Assembly (NCBI GenBank): GCA_030428125.1
Contig: JAUIBF010000002.1
Coordinates: 143,910-207,909, forward strand
From: a bacterium
Lineage (GTDB): Bacteria > Patescibacteriota > Saccharimonadia > Saccharimonadales > SZUA-47
DNA: 64,000 bases
Direction: 5' to 3'
The notes beneath the pieces were generated by a model. That model made no database searches. It saw only the letters and a list, made by a program, of their open reading frames with translations, and was not told where the DNA came from. Position numbers and translations under genes: made by a program. Within the stretch, counting starts at the first letter, position 1. Every line of letters begins with the position of its first letter. Shown in pieces: positions 38,658 through 47,734 of the stretch.

Positions 38658-39737
38658 ATGAAGAAGAAAATACAAGCAATAAAGGCAAAACGTCAGTCGA
38701 AGCGAGAAGCAGAAGCCGCTAAAGAACAGGGCAGATCACCTGTAAAGATAACCAGCGAAAACGTGGCTGAACACCGTGAGGATGTGCTTAGTGGCGCACG
38801 GAAATATATTTATCCCTTGCAGCACTCAAAGCATCGAATCGTAATTCTAAGCACCACGTTATTTTTAGTAGCATTATTAACGTTTTCTATTGTTTCAGTT
38901 CTTTTGCTCTACAGGTTCCAGACAACATCTGGATTTATGTATCAAGTAACGAAGGTCATACCGTTCCCAATAGCTAGAACGGGTGGGACGCTGGTAGCGT
39001 ATGAAAACTATCTGTTCGAGCTGGGGCACTACATACATTATTACGAAAATCAGCAGCAGTTAAGTTTTGACACTGAAGCAGGTAAAGCTCAGCTGGAAAG
39101 CTACAAACAAAGAGCAATAGATAAAGTAGTTAATGATGCCTACGTAAAGATAATTGCCGAAGAAGAAGGAATCAGCGTAAGCGATGAAGAAATTGATGAA
39201 CAAATCAGAATAGCCAGAGAGCAGAATAGACTGGGCAGTAGTGATGAAGTATTCGAGGATGTGCTAAAAGAGTTCTGGAACTGGTCCGTTGACGATTTCA
39301 GGAGAAGCTTGAAGACAGAGATACTAGAACAAAAAGTATTGCGTTTTCTAGATCCTGAAACAGAGCAACGAGCGACTGAGGCTCTTGCTAGGATTGAAGC
39401 CGGCGAGGAATTTTCTACTGTTGCAGCAGAAGCATCAGACGATATTGGAACCAAAGAAAATGGCGGAGAGTTTGGTTTTGTTAATAGATCTAATCGTAAC
39501 GTTTCACAACAAACAGTCGACACACTATATAACCTACCGGTAGGTCAAAATTCTGGGGTAGTAGTGGTCCCGTACGGAACAGGTTACGCCCTAGCAATAA
39601 TTAAAAGTCTAGATCAAAAGGATGGCGAAGTAAGTGGTGCACACATAATATTCCAGCTTAAGGATATAAACGAAATATTGAACGATCGTAAGGAACAAGA
39701 ACCGTATCGTCTGTACATGAACCCAGTCGAGAACTAA
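38658..39737 (+). CDS. SurA/PrsA-like foldase (parvulin PPIase)
   Basis: TM, SurA N-terminal-like VSDEEIDEQI, FSTVAAEASDD...GGEFG. Confidence 0.82.
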   Translation: MKKKIQAIKAKRQSKREAEAAKEQGRSPVKITSENVAEHREDVLSGARKYIYPLQHSKHRIVILSTTLFLVALLTFSIVSVLLLYRFQTTSGFMYQVTKVIPFPIARTGGTLVAYENYLFELGHYIHYYENQQQLSFDTEAGKAQLESYKQRAIDKVVNDAYVKIIAEEEGISVSDEEIDEQIRIAREQNRLGSSDEVFEDVLKEFWNWSVDDFRRSLKTEILEQKVLRFLDPETEQRATEALARIEAGEEFSTVAAEASDDIGTKENGGEFGFVNRSNRNVSQQTVDTLYNLPVGQNSGVVVVPYGTGYALAIIKSLDQKDGEVSGAHIIFQLKDINEILNDRKEQEPYRLYMNPVEN

Positions 39738-39764
39738 TAGCTCGCTTGCTATAATATTTGCATA

Positions 39765-40229
39765 GTGAAGTCAGTAAAATTTATAAAAGAGAATCAAGAA
39801 TGGCAGGTGCCAGATGCTTTTTATCGCATTAGCATTAAAGCAATAATAAAAAATGAAAAAAATGAGTTGCTTGTGCTTCGTGATGTGACCGAAGATAAAG
39901 AAGAGGGCGGAGGGTACGAGCTTCCGGGTGGTGGTTTAGACTGGGGTGAAAATGAACACGAAGCACTTAGGCGAGAACTCATAGAAGAGCTAGCTCTAGA
40001 TAGTGTAGATATTGCCGAAAAACCACTAGTGTTAATTTACGGAAAGCACCCAAAAGACTATAAAACACTAAAAATATACTACAAGGTAGTTATTGACGGA
40101 GAACCAGTAGATTCTGAATCTGATGTGTTAGTGCATAGTTGGGTTACAAAAGATAAGTTTGCAGATCTGGAAATGCCAGGAGACGAATCGGGTATTCAAG
40201 ACTATATTGACCAAATTTTCAAAAGATAA
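39765..40229 (+). CDS. NUDIX hydrolase
   Basis: LPGGGLDWGE...ALRRELIEEL. Confidence 0.88.
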   Translation: MKSVKFIKENQEWQVPDAFYRISIKAIIKNEKNELLVLRDVTEDKEEGGGYELPGGGLDWGENEHEALRRELIEELALDSVDIAEKPLVLIYGKHPKDYKTLKIYYKVVIDGEPVDSESDVLVHSWVTKDKFADLEMPGDESGIQDYIDQIFKR

Positions 40230-40303
40230 AGTTCGTAAAAATTGAAAAACCACCCCTGTTAGAGTGGAAGTTAATGGTGGACCTTGGTTGACGATGCATA
40301 GAA

Positions 40304-40855
40304 CTATTTTGTCTCGTCGGAAAGATACCAGCTGATTGCACCTCTTGCTAAGTAATGCCAGCTGGGCTGCTGATCTTCTTCAGTCAAAGTAAGAGCAGCC
40401 TCAGCATCAAATATGTCCAAACGGCTATTCATTGCCGCAAAAGCTCCTCCTAATTCGGTGATAATAGAATGCGCAGCATTTCTCAGGTGCAAGGAAGCCG
40501 CAAGTTCATTATCTGCTACTTGGAATAGGGCAGCTCCGCGAGGAGAAGGTTGTAGTGTTCTTTGTAGTGAAGCCTGATGCTCTATCACTCCTCTGCTACG
40601 ACTAGCTTCAACCAAGGCGAGATGACGCTCTCTAACTGCGTTTAAGCGGGGTACGCTATTTGTGAACTCTGCTCGAGTCCTGAGCGCACGACCAACTAGA
40701 GGCCCTAATTCCTCGGCGAGCCCTAATCTAGAATGTACGGAAGTATCAAATGCTGGGAGTAAATCTGGGTCTACAATAAGCTCAAGTTCACCAGTCAGTG
40801 AAGTAGAAGCAACAAATTTATCAAGCAGCTCAGACATAATAAAAACACCATACAA
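40304..40855 (-). CDS. Hypothetical orphan protein downstream of tRNA-Asp
   Basis: 183 aa ORF, no motif; start may be the internal ATG (MSELL). Confidence 0.6.
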   Translation of the reverse strand: MYGVFIMSELLDKFVASTSLTGELELIVDPDLLPAFDTSVHSRLGLAEELGPLVGRALRTRAEFTNSVPRLNAVRERHLALVEASRSRGVIEHQASLQRTLQPSPRGAALFQVADNELAASLHLRNAAHSIITELGGAFAAMNSRLDIFDAEAALTLTEEDQQPSWHYLARGAISWYLSDETK

Positions 40856-40879
40856 CTTTTACTATATGGTGTCAATATC

Positions 40880-40956
40880 TGGCGGGCCCGACCGGATTTG
40901 AACCGGCGATCTCCTCCGTGACAGGGAGGCATGTTAGGCCACTACACCACGAGCCC
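40880..40956 (-). tRNA. tRNA-Asp(GTC)
   Basis: Cloverleaf, CT-GTC-AC loop, G73, CCA. Confidence 0.95.
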
Positions 40957-41069
40957 GCGCTCAGACGATTTTATCAATTTTCACTCTTATTTACAAGTGT
41001 TATAAGAAGTTATTTATCAATAATAATTCTTTCATTTAGCCTAAGATAGTAAAATTATTAGAGAATTAC

Positions 41070-41145
41070 GCCATCTTAGCTCAGTCGGTAGAGCATCTCA
41101 TTCGTAACGAGAAGGTCAGCAGTTCGATCCTGCTAGATGGCTCCA
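41070..41145 (+). tRNA. tRNA-Thr(CGT)
   Basis: Cloverleaf, TT-CGT-AA loop, GTTCGA T-loop, TCCA end. Confidence 0.93.
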
Positions 41146-41146
41146 C

Positions 41147-41220
41147 GCGAGATTAGTATAGTGTTAGTACGTATGCTTCCCAAGCATAAAGTACGGGTTA
41201 GATTCCCGTATCTCGCACCA
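41147..41220 (+). tRNA. tRNA-Gly(CCC) with atypical D and T loops
   Basis: GCGAGAT/ATCTCGC acceptor stem, TT-CCC-AA loop, T-loop TTAGATT, ACCA end. Confidence 0.9.
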
Positions 41221-41265
41221 CTTTATACTTTGACTTTTCTCCTATATAATGGAGGTTAACTTCAG

Positions 41266-41616
41266 ATGCATATTCCAAAAAAATATTTTCATGATAAGTC
41301 CATTCTGGGCTTGCTAGGACTTAATGCCGCGCTTTTTGTATTGTCGGTGGCCAATGTATTATTGAATGTAGATACAGAGCTCAATAGCGTCAGTATCATT
41401 AGTTACCGTTCTAGTCGTGCTATCCAAACTAGTGGCCCCACAAACAGCCTCTATGAATTCGCACTGTTTGCAGTGGTTGTAACAGTGGTTAGTATGCTTC
41501 TAAGTATCAAGTTATATTCGCATCGCAAACACCTAGCAATTGGAGTTCTCGGTTTAAATGTAGTTAGTCTAACTCTATGCCTGGTAGTATTCAACGCCCT
41601 AACGAGGACTATTTAG
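41266..41616 (+). CDS. Small three-TM membrane protein
   Basis: Hydrophobic 116 aa ORF with GGAGG ribosome binding site. Confidence 0.7.
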   Translation: MHIPKKYFHDKSILGLLGLNAALFVLSVANVLLNVDTELNSVSIISYRSSRAIQTSGPTNSLYEFALFAVVVTVVSMLLSIKLYSHRKHLAIGVLGLNVVSLTLCLVVFNALTRTI

Positions 41617-41624
41617 AAACACCC

Positions 41625-43244
41625 ATGAAGTTCAAATACGAGATTCCGTTTCAAAAGAACAAGGGTAAACTATACCGATTTTTTGAAATTTTACCCGGAG
41701 CATTAACATGGACAGTGTTAATTCTTCCTTTCGTACTAGCGTTTACCAATGTAGGATTAGCAGCAATTTTAATGATCGCCTACTTACTAATCTGGTTTGT
41801 GAAGGCTGTTGCTCTTGCACTGCGATCACTACAAGGCTTTGCAATAGTTGAAAAGCACAAAAAACTCGACTGGCAAGAGTTAATTGTTGACCTTGACCAA
41901 GAAGATGTTGACCACAGAAGATTCCCAAAGTGGCACTACGAGAACAAAAAACGCCAAGCTGATAACCCCAATGGAATTTATAGTAAAGATATTGTTCACG
42001 CGGTCATCGTTGCAACTTGGAACGAGGCTAGGGAAATCTTGAAGCCAACACTGGACTGTGTTGCCGAAAGTGCATATGACGATAAAGACAAAAATTTTAT
42101 TGTGTTGCTGGCTTACGAAGACAGGGGTGGTCCAGAGGTAGAGAAACAAGCGAAGCAGTTAATGAGTGAGTACAAAAATGTATTTTTGATTTCTGAAGCG
42201 ACAAAACATATAGATCAGCCAGGTGAGGTTATCGGTAAGGGAGGAAACATTACCGCCGCCGGACGAAGACTGCAGGAGATAGTAGAAAAGAAGGGTATTG
42301 ACCCTAAAAACGTCCTAGTAACAACCCTGGATGCCGACAACAGGCCACATAAGTCTTATTTTGCGGGTTTGTCATACGTATACGCAGTCTGTCACGATCC
42401 TAAATATATGTCTTTCCAGCCTATACCAATGTTCACAAACAACATTTGGGATGCTCCGGCACCTATGCGTGTTATCGCTACCGGTAACAGCTACTGGATG
42501 ATGGTACAGGGCTTGCGTCAGCACATGTTGCGTAACTTTTCTGCTCACGCGCAGCCACTTCATGCGCTGATCGAAACAGATTTCTGGAGTGTCAGAACTA
42601 TCGTTGAAGACGGTCATCAATTCTGGAGGAGTTATTTTACGTTCCACGGTCAGCACGAGGTTATTCCTATATTCTTGCCGATTTATCAGGACGCAGTGCT
42701 GGCAGACGGATATAAGAGGACTCTGAAAGCTCAGTTTGTTCAGATTCGTCGTTGGGCTTGGGGTGCATCAGATATCGCATACGTTGCTAAGTACGGTTAT
42801 TTTACGAAGAACAACATCTCTAAAATCGATGTAACATTCAAATTCATGAGACTGCTTGAAGGACATTTGAGTTGGGCTACAGCGCCACTAATTCTTTTGT
42901 TCGGAGCGATTATCCCTTGGATATTCAATCAGTCGGATTTCTTGGCAAACCAATTGCCACAGATTTCCAGTCAGCTACAGACAATCGCTATGATGGGTAT
43001 CTTGGTAACAATGTTTATCGCTTTCAAGATTTTGCCACCAAAACCCGAGAGATACAAAAAACATCGAACTATCTGGATGGTTCTTCAGTGGATACTACTG
43101 CCACTGACCACGCTTGGCTATAACGCGTCAGCAGCTATCTACTCACAGACCAGACTGATGTTTGGTAGATACCTAGGTAAATTCGACGTAACAGAAAAAG
43201 CTGTCAAAAAAGACACCGGCGAAACCGTAACTTCCCATAGCTAA
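41625..43244 (+). CDS. Membrane glycosyltransferase family 2 (processive type)
   Basis: GKGGN, TTLDAD (DxD), VEDG, QIRRW (QxxRW), multiple TMs; start moved to ATG 41625. Confidence 0.88.
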   Translation: MKFKYEIPFQKNKGKLYRFFEILPGALTWTVLILPFVLAFTNVGLAAILMIAYLLIWFVKAVALALRSLQGFAIVEKHKKLDWQELIVDLDQEDVDHRRFPKWHYENKKRQADNPNGIYSKDIVHAVIVATWNEAREILKPTLDCVAESAYDDKDKNFIVLLAYEDRGGPEVEKQAKQLMSEYKNVFLISEATKHIDQPGEVIGKGGNITAAGRRLQEIVEKKGIDPKNVLVTTLDADNRPHKSYFAGLSYVYAVCHDPKYMSFQPIPMFTNNIWDAPAPMRVIATGNSYWMMVQGLRQHMLRNFSAHAQPLHALIETDFWSVRTIVEDGHQFWRSYFTFHGQHEVIPIFLPIYQDAVLADGYKRTLKAQFVQIRRWAWGASDIAYVAKYGYFTKNNISKIDVTFKFMRLLEGHLSWATAPLILLFGAIIPWIFNQSDFLANQLPQISSQLQTIAMMGILVTMFIAFKILPPKPERYKKHRTIWMVLQWILLPLTTLGYNASAAIYSQTRLMFGRYLGKFDVTEKAVKKDTGETVTSHS

Positions 43245-43276
43245 ACGGATTAAAGTTAGCTACTTAAAAACATCCT

Positions 43277-43351
43277 ATCTGCAAGGTCCGACCTTGTAGA
43301 TTAAAAAATTACTCCTATGAAATATGCTTTACAAGGTCGGACCTTGCAGAA
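43277..43351. repeat. Inverted pair of ~25 bp palindromes (REP/REPIN-like)
   Basis: ATCTGCAAGGTCCGACCTTGTAGAT and its near reverse complement TTTACAAGGTCGGACCTTGCAGAA between convergent genes. Confidence 0.8.
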
Positions 43352-43367
43352 GTAAACTTTTAGGTTA

Positions 43368-43775
43368 TTAATTATTCAATGAGTATTTGGCTTTGTAGAC
43401 TGATGCTGCGACTTTATCAAATCGATTTAAAGTTTCTCCAACTAGTACGACTAGTTTAGAGATTGGAACTTCTGCCGACTTAAGAGACAGAACCTGGTCG
43501 ATAACAGTGTTTATGAGCGCTGTAGAGGCTGTAAGACGGTCATTTCGGTGTGCCAATGATTCAAATATCGAAATGAACAGTACATCTCTAGAGAACGGCT
43601 CTAAATGGTTATCAGACCTTACGACTTTATGTGATGTGTCGAGTGTAATTTGTTCATCTGTCGACCAGATTGCGTTGCAGCTTTTGCATTGTCGTCTACG
43701 CCAAACAGAATAATCATTATTGTGCGACCTTGAATTCGTAACCTTGGTACGTGCATTACAGTATGGACATTTCAT
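43368..43775 (-). CDS. nrdR: NrdR-like transcriptional regulator
   Basis: MKCPYC, VTNSR, RRRQCKSC zinc ribbon plus a divergent ATP-cone. Confidence 0.8.
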   Translation of the reverse strand: MKCPYCNARTKVTNSRSHNNDYSVWRRRQCKSCNAIWSTDEQITLDTSHKVVRSDNHLEPFSRDVLFISIFESLAHRNDRLTASTALINTVIDQVLSLKSAEVPISKLVVLVGETLNRFDKVAASVYKAKYSLNN

Positions 43776-43938
43776 AAGTAAACATTAACGTTTATGCTAT
43801 ACCCATGTCAATATGTTGACATCGCGCAATAAAAATTTACGTGGAAAAGTAGAAGTGTTTTTGTGGGAAAACAAGCAGATTACACTTATGCTTGCCTAAA
43901 CTCACGTTACTATCTAAGCTTGGATATAAGGAGAAAAA

Positions 43939-44530
43939 TATGGCAAGTAGAGCAGAAATATCTAGCGAGGTGTTGTGGGACTTGAGTCGTAGCGATTCGG
44001 TAGATGAGCGAACAGGGATAGTTACTAGTGGAGTCTCAGTTACTTTTAGTATGGAGCCCGGTGCAGGTATAGGTGATAATGAGTTTGTTTTTAAAGACGA
44101 ACTCAAGGCAGTTGGAGGTGAAATAGACAGAACTTTTAATACTACGTATCCTAGAGATTTTGATGAACTCCTGCCCAGAACCCTGCCTACTATTGTGGAC
44201 GATGAAAGGAGTGAATACGAGAATGAACAGGGGGCTATTTCAGGAATCGGAAGAATCATTATGCGTAACACAAAGGTTGGGTCAGCAGGAAGCTTAGTTG
44301 CTGGAGGTAGTGGAGTTGCAGCAGCGGATGCCTTTTTAGAAGGAAGAAATCTAGCAGGAATTGCATTTACTGTTGTCGCTCTTGGAGGCTTAGTTTTTGG
44401 TGCAGGAAGATCTTTTACTTATCAAGAAAGAGATGTTAGAGAACAAGTTTTGAGCTATCGAGATCAGATTCGCAGGAATACTATACTTGGTGTGCTACGA
44501 AACTCTATCCAAAAAAAGCAAGCTAAGTAA
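43939..44530 (+). CDS. Hypothetical protein with two C-terminal hydrophobic segments
   Basis: AAGGAG ribosome binding site before MASRAE (start approximate); no family recognised. Confidence 0.6.
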
Positions 44531-44536
44531 ATAAAC

Positions 44537-44729
44537 AAAATACCCCTGATTAATCTCAGGGGTATCCGGTCGTCCACTCTAACCGTTAAGTTTGCTTTAC
44601 GGCTTTTGCTCTAGGTCGTCTAACTCTATTCCGTTGTGGAATTGTAGACGTCAGCTCTTCATAAAAGAGCCTGAAGCCGGAAAGCGTTTTTGAAGAACTC
44701 TTCAAAACGCAATTCACCTCACTTAACCT
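44537..44729 (-). ncRNA. Candidate stand-alone structured ncRNA (~195 nt)
   Basis: TTGACA-17-TAACAT promoter, nested helices, GC-rich terminator hairpin. Confidence 0.6.
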
Positions 44730-44789
44730 GCTTATGTTAACATAAACACAAAGAAATGTCAATACCATGTGATATAATTAACCTCTGTT

Positions 44790-45872
44790 ATGAAGACCTT
44801 TACTGAAAATAAAAAGCTATCAAATTTTGCTAGGACTGGTGTGCTACATACGCGTGTTGGAGACGTTAAAACTCCAACCTTCATGCCTGATGGAACAAGA
44901 GGGGCAGTTAAGAGTTTGACGCCTGAGCAAGTAACAAATACCGGTGTAGAAGTTGTGCTGGCGAACACTTATCATTTGCACTTAAATCCCGGAGAAGAAG
45001 TAATAAAAAATTTAGGTGGGCTACATAATTTTGCTAACAGAAAAGGACCAATGCTTACTGACTCCGGAGGATTCCAGGTATTTTCTCTCGGCAAACATGT
45101 CAAAGTGACTGAAGAAGGTGTGTATTTTAAAGATCCGGTAACTGGCGAAAAAAGGTTGATAACTCCTGAAACCTCAATTCAGATTCAGTTAGACCTCGGT
45201 GCCGATATGGTTGTGGCTTTTGATCATCTGGTAGGTTTAGACGAATCTGTTAGTGATGAAGACGTGAAAGAAGCCTTCGACAGGACTCACAGGTGGCTGG
45301 AGCGCTGTATCATCGAGTTTAAGAGACTAACCAAGGGGGTTAAAAATGATGAGCGACCGATGCTGTTTGGGGTTGTTCAAGGCGGCTTAGATTTAGAGCT
45401 AAGGAAGAAAAGCCTGCAAATCATACAAGATAGCGATGCAGACGGGATCGCAATTGGTGGATTGTCTGTGGGTGAGACTAGAGAAGAAATGGAAATAGTG
45501 CTGAAAGAGTTGGCTCCACTATACAGGGATGACAAGCCGAGGTTTTTGCTAGGTGTTGGAACACCTGAAGATCTACGAATTGCTGTAGAAAACGGAATAG
45601 ATATGCTGGATTGTGTACTACCTACCAGGAATGCGCGTCACGCAACAGTATGGGCTGAAAACAGCCAAAAGATTCATCTAACCAATGAGCGTTTCAAGGA
45701 AGATTCCTCAGTAATTGAAAAAGGTTGTGATTGCTATGCTTGCGCAAATGGTTTTTCCAAAGCATTCTTGAGGCATCAATTTAAATCTGGAGAACCGTTA
45801 GCTGGTACTCTAGCATCAATACACAACTTGAGACATATGATGCGAATTTGTGAAGAGTATCAGAACAGATGA
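44790..45872 (+). CDS. tgt: tRNA-guanine transglycosylase
   Basis: TPTFMP, LANTYHL, TDSGGFQVFS, GGLSVGE, DCVLPTRNARH, CDCYAC zinc site. Confidence 0.95.
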   Translation: MKTFTENKKLSNFARTGVLHTRVGDVKTPTFMPDGTRGAVKSLTPEQVTNTGVEVVLANTYHLHLNPGEEVIKNLGGLHNFANRKGPMLTDSGGFQVFSLGKHVKVTEEGVYFKDPVTGEKRLITPETSIQIQLDLGADMVVAFDHLVGLDESVSDEDVKEAFDRTHRWLERCIIEFKRLTKGVKNDERPMLFGVVQGGLDLELRKKSLQIIQDSDADGIAIGGLSVGETREEMEIVLKELAPLYRDDKPRFLLGVGTPEDLRIAVENGIDMLDCVLPTRNARHATVWAENSQKIHLTNERFKEDSSVIEKGCDCYACANGFSKAFLRHQFKSGEPLAGTLASIHNLRHMMRICEEYQNR

Positions 45873-45885
45873 TAGTATATAACTC

Positions 45886-46812
45886 ATGAAAGTAGTCGTT
45901 GCGGAGCCGGTTAACAACAAGCTGAAAAATTTAATTCGCGAGTCTAACCCTGAGTGGGTGATGTACGATGATTCTCCAAAAGACAAAGAAGAACTTATTA
46001 GCCGCTTGAAGGGCGCAGATGTAGCGACATCGTATTCAATAAAGTACGATGCAGAAATATTCGAAGCATGCCCTGATCTAAAATACCTAGCAATTCCTGC
46101 AGTGGGCGCTAACTATTTTGTAGACATGGACGCAGCGTCAGAATTCGGAGTAACTGTCATGAACTGCCCAGGATATAACTCTCGAGCAGTCGCGGAACTA
46201 GCTCTCTCGATGGCGATAGCTGTAGCTCGCAAAGTACCATCTCAGCAGCATGAATTAAGTAGTGGTCTATGGCACGGAGATTCACATGGTTTTCAGATTT
46301 CGGGTAAAAAGGTAGGTATCATCGGTAACGGTAATGTCAGTAAGGCGGTGCAGGAATTACTGGAAGGCTGGTCAGTCGAAATATCAGTAATTAACAGTAA
46401 GTCGACTGCTGAAGAGGTCGACAATCTTTTTGATGTTAACCAAGTATTTTTCGTTTGTTGTCCATTGAACGACTCAACTAGAGGACTAGTAAGTGCTGAG
46501 AGAATTTCAAGAATGGAAAAAAACTCAATCGTGATAAATGTTGGTCGTGGAGCCGTAATTGATGAAAAAGCTTTATATAAAGCACTTTCCGAAAATAAGA
46601 TATACGGAGCAGCTCTAGATGTGTTTTCTAAAGAGCCAGAATATGGTAGCAAGCTTTCGCAAGAAGTTAAGGATTTTTACGAGTTAAAAAATGTACTGGT
46701 GACGCCTCATGTTGCTGGAAATTCCTTCGAATCCAGTGAGAGATTAGCTGAAATGATATACGAAAATCTAGTAAGCGCTACAAAAAAGCAACCTGTAAAC
46801 GTTTATAAGTAA
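45886..46812 (+). CDS. D-isomer-specific 2-hydroxyacid dehydrogenase
   Basis: VAELA, GIIGNG, INVGRG, LDVF..EP, TPHVAG. Confidence 0.9.
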   Translation: MKVVVAEPVNNKLKNLIRESNPEWVMYDDSPKDKEELISRLKGADVATSYSIKYDAEIFEACPDLKYLAIPAVGANYFVDMDAASEFGVTVMNCPGYNSRAVAELALSMAIAVARKVPSQQHELSSGLWHGDSHGFQISGKKVGIIGNGNVSKAVQELLEGWSVEISVINSKSTAEEVDNLFDVNQVFFVCCPLNDSTRGLVSAERISRMEKNSIVINVGRGAVIDEKALYKALSENKIYGAALDVFSKEPEYGSKLSQEVKDFYELKNVLVTPHVAGNSFESSERLAEMIYENLVSATKKQPVNVYK

Positions 46813-46991
46813 CATCGTTGAAAGTCAGGATTCGATTTAATGTACTCACTCGGCAACATTTGCTTGAAAGCAAATGCTCGTTCGACCGAGTAAGGATTCC
46901 TCGATATGCCACAGGCATATCTCGCCTTCGGTTCGAATCACTTCAATAATCCATCCAACTAAAAAATCCACCGATCGGTGGATTTCATAGT

Positions 46992-47068
46992 TGGTGGGCG
47001 ATAGAGGATTCGAACCTCTCACCTCCACAACGTCAATGTGGCGCTCTAGCCAAATGAGCTAATCGCCC
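46992..47068 (-). tRNA. tRNA-Val(GAC)
   Basis: Cloverleaf, TT-GAC-GT loop, GGTTCGAATCC, ACCA end. Confidence 0.95.
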
Positions 47069-47345
47069 CGATTTGTCTTGGCTAACAGAGGAGTATTATA
47101 TATTTTCTGAGAGATAAACACAATATTATATCGTGAAATGCATAAGTATTTTACGGTCTACATCACCAGACGATATAATTTTTGTTCAATCCACACCATG
47201 TGGAAAAGCAAGCAAAAATCTACTAGCACGATAGTACTAATTACTGTAGTATGGTCTCAGTGAGAGAGTTTTGGGAGAGGTTTTTAACCAATCCAAACAA
47301 GTAAGTTTGTGCTTATTTGCGAGAGAGCACAAACCAATTCTAGTT

Positions 47346-47373
47346 AGAAAGAGCCCAGAGTGGCTCTTTCTTT
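47346..47373 (+). terminator. Intrinsic terminator-like hairpin
   Basis: AGAAAGAGCC-CAGAGT-GGCTCTTTCT followed by T residues. Confidence 0.65.
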
Positions 47374-47396
47374 GATTTTTAGGGTATAATCTATGG

Positions 47397-47734
47397 TATT
47401 GAGTAGTGAAGTGGAATTCACCAGCCACAGAGCTCCGTTGTTTAGTCAGTAGGTTACGTTAAACAAACTGATAAGAGAGAAAGATTTCGGTGGAACAGCC
47501 TGTTTGGCATAACCACAACGAAATTAATCGACCCATGAACATTTACAAGAAATCAAAATAAATTTTTCTTTCGTAGGTGTATGTATTAATACGACTACTC
47601 AAGATAAAATTCATTTATGTTTTTCTTGTAGAAAATTCATAATCTCGATAATTTCATAGTGATTAAGCCAGTTGGGCCCGGAACGCACAACTTAAACTAA
47701 AGAGCATTTCTTTAAGAGTAGGTGTGCGATTTTT
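47397..47734 (+). ncRNA. Candidate structured leader or ncRNA upstream of thrS
   Basis: TATAAT at 47385; TTGAGTAGT/ACTACTCAA closing stem with internal hairpins; final hairpin with T-tract. Confidence 0.45.

Noticed and set aside
40275..40303. TGGTGGACC...GAAC as a tRNA 3' remnant (att site) bounding the ORF after tRNA-Asp
   Set aside because: It does not match the tRNA-Asp 3' end and forms no T-stem; too short to support
44586..44768. 60 aa minus-strand ORF over the ncRNA candidate
   Set aside because: It starts upstream of the predicted promoter, has no RBS and shows no protein-like features
47397..47734. Canonical T-box riboswitch call
   Set aside because: No clear stem I or specifier loop, the bulge reads UGGAACA, and no antiterminator helix forms; kept only as an unclassified leader
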